The notes under the pieces: generated by a model | The model's database searches: none | The model's input: only the letters and a program-made list of their open reading frames with translations | What the model was told of the DNA's origin: nothing | Made by a program: the position numbers and the translations under genes | In this document: positions 7,911-12,403 of the stretch, in pieces | How the letters are laid out: every line of letters begins with the position of its first letter | Numbering within the stretch: position 1 is the stretch's first letter | From: Gemmatimonadaceae bacterium | GTDB lineage: Bacteria > Gemmatimonadota > Gemmatimonadetes > Gemmatimonadales > Gemmatimonadaceae | Direction of reading: 5' to 3' | Assembly (NCBI GenBank): GCA_040902005.1 | Contig: JBBDYA010000073.1 | Span: 13,424 to 25,826 of the forward strand | Length of the DNA stretch: 12,403 nt

Positions 7911-8663
7911 ATGCGACCAGTCATCGTCCTCAGCTCCGCCCTTTTCGCGCTCAACGCTCCGATGGTCGCCTTTGCCCAGCCGAGCGGAAAGTGGCCGCCC
8001 GATTCACTGGTCAACGTACAGGTGATTCCGAAATCCACACCGATCCCGCAGGTGGTTGGACAGATGCGCAACTTCACTAGTGCGCTCGGCGTTCGGTGTT
8101 CGTACTGCCACGTTGGCGAAGAGTCGCAATCGCTCGAGCAATACGACCTCGCCAGCGACGCTAGGCGGTCGAAGCGCGTGGCGCGCGAGATGATGCGCAT
8201 GGTACAGGACATCAACCGCCGTCTGGATTCGTTGCCCGACGGACGCGGCTCTCCCGAAGCAACCGTTACCTGCGCGACCTGCCACCGCGGCGTCGCGCGA
8301 CCCGTGCCACTGTTCTCAATAATGACGGAAACGGCCGTCGCGACCAGCGCCGATTCCGCGCTGCGTGTGTACGACGCGCTACGCGCGCGCTATTACGGAC
8401 GTGATGCCTACGACTTCAGCGAATCCGCCCTGAACATCGCCGCATTTCGCACGGGCCAGCGCGGCAAGCACGACGAAGCGCTCGCGCTCCTGCGTTATAA
8501 TGAGCAACTCTATCCGGGGTCTTCCGGCATGTATGTCTTCCGCGGCAACATCATGCTCATGAAAGCGGACACAAACGCAGCCGCAGCGGCATTCCGCGAG
8601 GCAATCCGCCGGGACACGTCCAATGCCGAAGCGAAAGGCCGCCTGCGTGCGATCAATCGATGA
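7911..8663 (+). CDS. Exported diheme c-type cytochrome, photosynthetic reaction-centre cytochrome c (PufC-like) family, with C-terminal TPR-like helices
   Basis: Signal peptide MRPVIVLSSALFALNAPMVAFA. NVQV..MRNFTSALGVRCSYCH (CxxCH 8097-8111), ASD..KRVAREMMRMVQDIN, VTCATCHRG (CxxCH 8271-8285). TPR-like tail (EALALLRYNEQLYPGSSGMYVFRGNI...AFREAIRRDTSNAEA). Confidence 0.85.
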   Translation: MRPVIVLSSALFALNAPMVAFAQPSGKWPPDSLVNVQVIPKSTPIPQVVGQMRNFTSALGVRCSYCHVGEESQSLEQYDLASDARRSKRVAREMMRMVQDINRRLDSLPDGRGSPEATVTCATCHRGVARPVPLFSIMTETAVATSADSALRVYDALRARYYGRDAYDFSESALNIAAFRTGQRGKHDEALALLRYNEQLYPGSSGMYVFRGNIMLMKADTNAAAAAFREAIRRDTSNAEAKGRLRAINR

Positions 8664-8700
8664 GTTACTCGTGGGACCGAGGCTGTCCCTTGTCTGTCCC

Positions 8701-8747
8701 ATGAACGCTGGCCGCCGCCACCAGGCAGTCAGCGTTCATTGCGTTTT
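8701..8747. terminator. Hairpin between the convergent cytochrome and flippase-like genes
   Basis: ATGAACGCTGGCCGCC-GCCACCA-GGCAGTCAGCGTTCAT (8701-8739): 16-bp stem with one mismatch and one G:U, followed by TGCGTTTT on +. Confidence 0.7.
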
Positions 8748-9712
8748 CACCCGGCGCTCAGGCGCCGAGTCGCTCCGAGGATTCCTGGTGATGCGATCAG
8801 CCCCAGGAGTGTCACCGGCAGGATCTGCTGCGCCTGGATCAGCAGCGCCACGCCGGTGGCCTGGTCAGGGTCCAGCCCGAGTCCCACAGCCGTCATGACG
8901 TACAGCATCTGAAACACGCCGATATTTCCGGGGGTCGCGCGCACGGCAAAGCCAAGATTCACCGCCAGCAACGCGGTGATCGTGCCGACAAGGCTGATCG
9001 AGAACCCTGCCGCGAGCGCGGTGAGCTGGTACGACGCCACCTGAAGGGCCCACACGATGACCGAAATCGCCAGCGATACCGCGAATCGCGGCGCCGTGCT
9101 GATCCCCGTGAGCGTGCGCGCGAAGTTACCCCCGTACAGGCGCGCGCGATGCAGCAGCCCCTCACCCTCGAGGACCGCCACGCCACTCTGCGCCGGATAC
9201 CGGATCAGGTATACCAGCAGTCCGAGGATCACAGCGAGCGACACGATCGCCAGGGGACGGGTCTGGCCGAGTGACACCGGCACCTGGAGGAACGACACCG
9301 CCAGCGCCAGGAGCACCACGTAGCCCACCAGCTCGAACAGTCGCTCCAGCGCGAGGGTCGCGAGCACCGCAGCGCTCGACGCCTTCTCCGATCGCGCGAC
9401 GTACACGACCCGCGCCGCGTCGCCACCACTCGCGATCAGGAGATTGTTGAGCCCTGCACCCACGAACGTCGCGCGGATCGCCAGCCAGAGCGATGCGACG
9501 CCAATGGGCCGCAGGAAGACCCACCACCGCGCGCCCTTCAGCACCAGCGACAGCAGATTGACCAGCGCGGCGGCGGCGAAGAGCAGCGGCGACGTGCCCC
9601 GGATGGCCTGCCAGGTTTCCGCCCAGTCGATCGTGCGCGCGAATGCCACGAGCGCCACGGCGATGACCGCGAGAACGGCGAGGCGCGTGATGCGTCCCCG
9701 ATACAACGTCAC
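8747..9712 (-). CDS. Lysylphosphatidylglycerol-synthase-TM / UPF0104 flippase-like membrane protein
   Basis: Multiple hydrophobic helices with family motifs LKGARWWVFL, GAGLNNLLIASGGDAARV, LALERLFEL and ATPGNIGVFQ. The GTG start overlaps the deacetylase stop (GTGA). Confidence 0.85.
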   Translation of the reverse strand: MTLYRGRITRLAVLAVIAVALVAFARTIDWAETWQAIRGTSPLLFAAAALVNLLSLVLKGARWWVFLRPIGVASLWLAIRATFVGAGLNNLLIASGGDAARVVYVARSEKASSAAVLATLALERLFELVGYVVLLALAVSFLQVPVSLGQTRPLAIVSLAVILGLLVYLIRYPAQSGVAVLEGEGLLHRARLYGGNFARTLTGISTAPRFAVSLAISVIVWALQVASYQLTALAAGFSISLVGTITALLAVNLGFAVRATPGNIGVFQMLYVMTAVGLGLDPDQATGVALLIQAQQILPVTLLGLIASPGILGATRRLSAG

Positions 9713-10392
9713 GATGGCAGCGTCACGAACCGGAAGCCCCGCTCGCGCAGCGCGCCAATGATGCGAGGCAGCGCGGCGGCAGTCTGCGTGCGGTCACCAT
9801 GCGGATCGTATCCGTCACCGTCATGCAGCAACAGGATGCAGCCGGCTCCAGCGCCCGCGATGGCGCGCGACGCGATTTCCTCGGCTCCCGGGCGGTAGGA
9901 ATCCCATACGCCGAGTGTCCATCCCACGGTGCGCTGCCCCAGTCCTCGCGCGATGCCGTTCACCCACGGATTGCGGAATCCGTGCGGCGCACGGAAGAAT
10001 GCGGGACGACTGCCCGTCGCGCGCTCGATCGCCTCCGTGCCGAGCCCGAGGTCCAGTCGAACGTAGGCGGGGCCGCGCAGATGCAGTGCGCGATGGTGGT
10101 ACCCATGATTCCCGAGCTGGTGCGCCTCCGTCGCCACCCGCCGCGCGAGATCCGGCCAGCGCTCCACATGACGGCCGAGCATGAAGAACGTCGCGGAGAC
10201 GCGCTCCCTGGCCAATACGTCCAGCACGAGTGGAGTGGCGACCGGGTTGGGCCCATCATCGAAGGTGAGAGCGATGTTCCGGTCCGATGCGGGCAGGCGC
10301 GCGAGCGTGGGCCCGAACACAGGACTGTTCCGGTGGAATGCACCGTGTGACACGACGGCCGCGGCCCCGACGAGCGCGAGTGAGCTGAGCAC
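9709..10392 (-). CDS. Polysaccharide deacetylase (CE4/NodB family) with N-terminal hydrophobic anchor
   Basis: IALTFDDGP, ATFFMLG, LGNHGYHH, FFRAPHG, VWDS, LLLHDG. GTG 10392, 11 nt past the GT4 stop, is the likely start; the exact start is uncertain. Confidence 0.9.
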   Translation of the reverse strand: MLSSLALVGAAAVVSHGAFHRNSPVFGPTLARLPASDRNIALTFDDGPNPVATPLVLDVLARERVSATFFMLGRHVERWPDLARRVATEAHQLGNHGYHHRALHLRGPAYVRLDLGLGTEAIERATGSRPAFFRAPHGFRNPWVNGIARGLGQRTVGWTLGVWDSYRPGAEEIASRAIAGAGAGCILLLHDGDGYDPHGDRTQTAAALPRIIGALRERGFRFVTLPS

Positions 10393-10403
10393 GATGGCCG
10401 AAG

Positions 10404-11534
10404 CTATACCGCCACGGCGAGCGGTGACGGAGACAGTACCTCGTCGTAGACGGCAAGGATATCCGTCGTCACCCGGCGCCAGTCGTACTCCAGGGCGCGC
10501 TGCCGCCCGGTTGTGCCCAGACGCGCGCACAGCGATGCGTCATCCAGCAAATGCACGAGCGCGTTGGCGAGCGCATTGCGGTCCCCGCTGGGGACCATCA
10601 TCGCTTCACGCCCGTGCACGACGACGTCCCGGAATCCCAGGATGTCCGAGCACACGATCGGTGTCTCGCACGCCATCGACTCGAGCAGGGTGATCCCGAA
10701 CGATGCCTTCGTCGTGGGGCACGCGTAGATGTTGCTGTGCGCGTAATACCCGGGCCGGCCATCGAGCACGGCGCCCGCAAACGTGATGTCGGGGTCCCCC
10801 GCGGCGTGCTGGCGATAGTGGTCGCGCAGTGGTCCGTCGCCCACCACCACCAACTGCGCCCGGCGGCCGCGCCCTCGCACGCGCTTGAACGCATCGATGA
10901 GCGTCGGCAACCCGTTGCGTGGATCGAACCGCCCGAGAAAGAGAATCGTCGGCACGTCGCCGCGGATGGCGGCGGGGCGCGGTGCGGCCGGCCGGAACAG
11001 ATCGGTGTCGATCCCGTTGGGGATGATCTGCCAGTCGGCGTCGAAGTAGCGCTCCAGCGCCACGACCGTGGATTGCGACACCGCGATGGCGGCGCTCAGT
11101 GTGTCCAACCGGCGCTGAAAGAGGCGGCGGAACATGTGGTACCCCGCCGACCAGTCGAAATAGGTATGGAAGGTACCGACAACGGGCACCTCGGCTTCCT
11201 CGACCGCCAGCATCGGCAACACTGGCGTGAGCGGCGAGTGCACGTGCACGATGTCGTAGCGGCCGGTCTTCAGCGCCTGCCGCATGTCGCGGCGCAATGC
11301 GCCGCCCACCGTGATGCGGGACTGCGAGCCGTTGATGTACCATGGCACGCTGTGCCCCAGCCGGATGACATGCGGCCGCGGCTCTGCTCCGGGCAACCGC
11401 GACGTGATGATGTCCACGTGATGTCCGCGCCGACGCGCCTCGCGCGCGAAATGGTGGACGTGCTCGCACACGCCTCCCAGGTGCGGGTAGTAGTACTCCG
11501 TGACGAGGGCGATTCGCAGCGGAACGGCGTTCAC
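10404..11534 (-). CDS. Glycosyltransferase family 4 (GT-B, PimA-like)
   Basis: IALVTEYYYPHLGGVCEHV, DIVHVHSP, VGTFHT, IAVS, IIPNGID, LFLGRFDPRNG, VVGDGPL, ASFGITLLESMACETPIVCSDI. Confidence 0.92.
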   Translation of the reverse strand: MNAVPLRIALVTEYYYPHLGGVCEHVHHFAREARRRGHHVDIITSRLPGAEPRPHVIRLGHSVPWYINGSQSRITVGGALRRDMRQALKTGRYDIVHVHSPLTPVLPMLAVEEAEVPVVGTFHTYFDWSAGYHMFRRLFQRRLDTLSAAIAVSQSTVVALERYFDADWQIIPNGIDTDLFRPAAPRPAAIRGDVPTILFLGRFDPRNGLPTLIDAFKRVRGRGRRAQLVVVGDGPLRDHYRQHAAGDPDITFAGAVLDGRPGYYAHSNIYACPTTKASFGITLLESMACETPIVCSDILGFRDVVVHGREAMMVPSGDRNALANALVHLLDDASLCARLGTTGRQRALEYDWRRVTTDILAVYDEVLSPSPLAVAV

Positions 11535-11567
11535 GGCCAGAACGCCCGAGCAGGTTACATGCCCGGC

Positions 11568-12403
11568 TCAGCCGGTCGTCGCCTCCAGCGCCGCGTGCGC
11601 GGCGGCGAGTCTGGCGACCGGCACCCGATATGGGGAACACGACACGTAGTCCATCCCGCGGGCGTGACAGAACGCGATCGATCGCGGCTCACCGCCGTGC
11701 TCGCCACAGATGCCCACCTTGAGGGCCGGACGCACGGCTCGGGCGGCCGTGATCGCGTACTCGATGAGCTTGCCAACACCCTCCTGATCCAGCACCTGGA
11801 AGGGATCGTCCGCCAAAATGCCGCGCTCCACGTAGCTGGGCAGAAAGCGCCCGGCGTCGTCGCGGCTGAGGCCGAAGGTGGTCTGGGTCAGGTCGTTGGT
11901 GCCGAACGAGAAGAACTCGGCGGATGCCGCGATGCGATCGGCCGTGAGCGCGGCGCGAGGCAACTCGATCATTGTGCCGATCAGGTGGGGAAGCGATTCG
12001 CCCATCGCGCCCAGCACCTGCTCGGCGGCGTTCTCGACGATCGCTCGCTGATTGGTGAACTCCTGCTCCACGGCGACCAGCGGAATCATGATCTCCGGCT
12101 GCACGTCGATGCCGCGACGCTTGCATCGCACAGCCGCCTCGAAGATGGCGCGCGCCTGCATCTCGGTGATCTCCGGGTACGTGATGCCCAGCCGGCACCC
12201 GCGATGGCCAAGCATCGGATTGGTCTCGCGCAGCGACTCGACGATGTGGCTGAGCGCCGCGCGGGTCATTCCGAGCTGCCGAGCCAGCAGCTTGCTCTCC
12301 TCTCCCCCGTGGGGGAGGAACTCATGCAGCGGCGGATCCAGCAGGCGGATCGTCACGGGGAAACCGGCCATGGCCTCGAAGATGCCCTCGAAGTCGGCGC
12401 GCT
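11568..12403 (-). CDS. ppdK: Pyruvate, phosphate dikinase, C-terminal part (5'-truncated by the window edge)
   Basis: [85 protein letters not shown] (catalytic Cys), [17 protein letters not shown]. The frame is open to the window end. Confidence 0.97.
   Translation of the reverse strand, partial: RADFEGIFEAMAGFPVTIRLLDPPLHEFLPHGGEESKLLARQLGMTRAALSHIVESLRETNPMLGHRGCRLGITYPEITEMQARAIFEAAVRCKRRGIDVQPEIMIPLVAVEQEFTNQRAIVENAAEQVLGAMGESLPHLIGTMIELPRAALTADRIAASAEFFSFGTNDLTQTTFGLSRDDAGRFLPSYVERGILADDPFQVLDQEGVGKLIEYAITAARAVRPALKVGICGEHGGEPRSIAFCHARGMDYVSCSPYRVPVARLAAAHAALEATTG

Noticed and set aside
7911..8663. Calling the cytochrome pufC and inferring phototrophy
   Set aside because: It has only two heme motifs, an extra TPR-like tail, and no pufLM or bch genes in the window.
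7680..8750. Prophage or genomic island integrated at ssrA
   Set aside because: No integrase, no repeat of the ssrA 3' end was seen, and the native terminator directly follows the gene.
10393..10530. Extended N-terminus of the deacetylase
   Set aside because: It overlaps the GT4 3' end by more than 120 nt with no family features. A start just after the GT4 stop is more plausible.
10606..11640. 344-aa alternative-frame ORF overlapping the GT4 gene
   Set aside because: Arg/Ala/Gly-rich off-frame translation with no motifs. The GT4 frame carries all the conserved signatures.

Overview
GC-rich bacterial chromosomal segment, mostly housekeeping genes, with no mobile element or CRISPR array. The tmRNA tag and gene content resemble Gemmatimonadota, but that is inference only. 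Left to right: lysA (5'-truncated), a YfcE-like metallophosphoesterase and guaA (+); a convergent stand-alone PTS EIIA gene (-); an 81-bp divergent promoter region; dusB, larB and a membrane-anchored GAF-GGDEF diguanylate cyclase (+); tmRNA (ssrA, tag ANNNLALAA) with its own promoter and terminator; an exported diheme c-type cytochrome resembling half of the reaction-centre cytochrome PufC with a TPR-like tail (+). On the - strand are a GT4 glycosyltransferase / CE4 deacetylase / flippase-like three-gene cluster downstream of ppdK (5'-truncated). The most notable items are: (i) the synthase-deacetylase-flippase cluster, probably making a cationic amino-sugar lipid, whose GT4 has non-canonical catalytic motifs; (ii) the half-PufC diheme-TPR protein next to ssrA; (iii) a metallophosphoesterase lacking two ligands of one metal site; (iv) larB without other lar genes, coupled to dusB; (v) back-to-back, apparently leaderless promoters.
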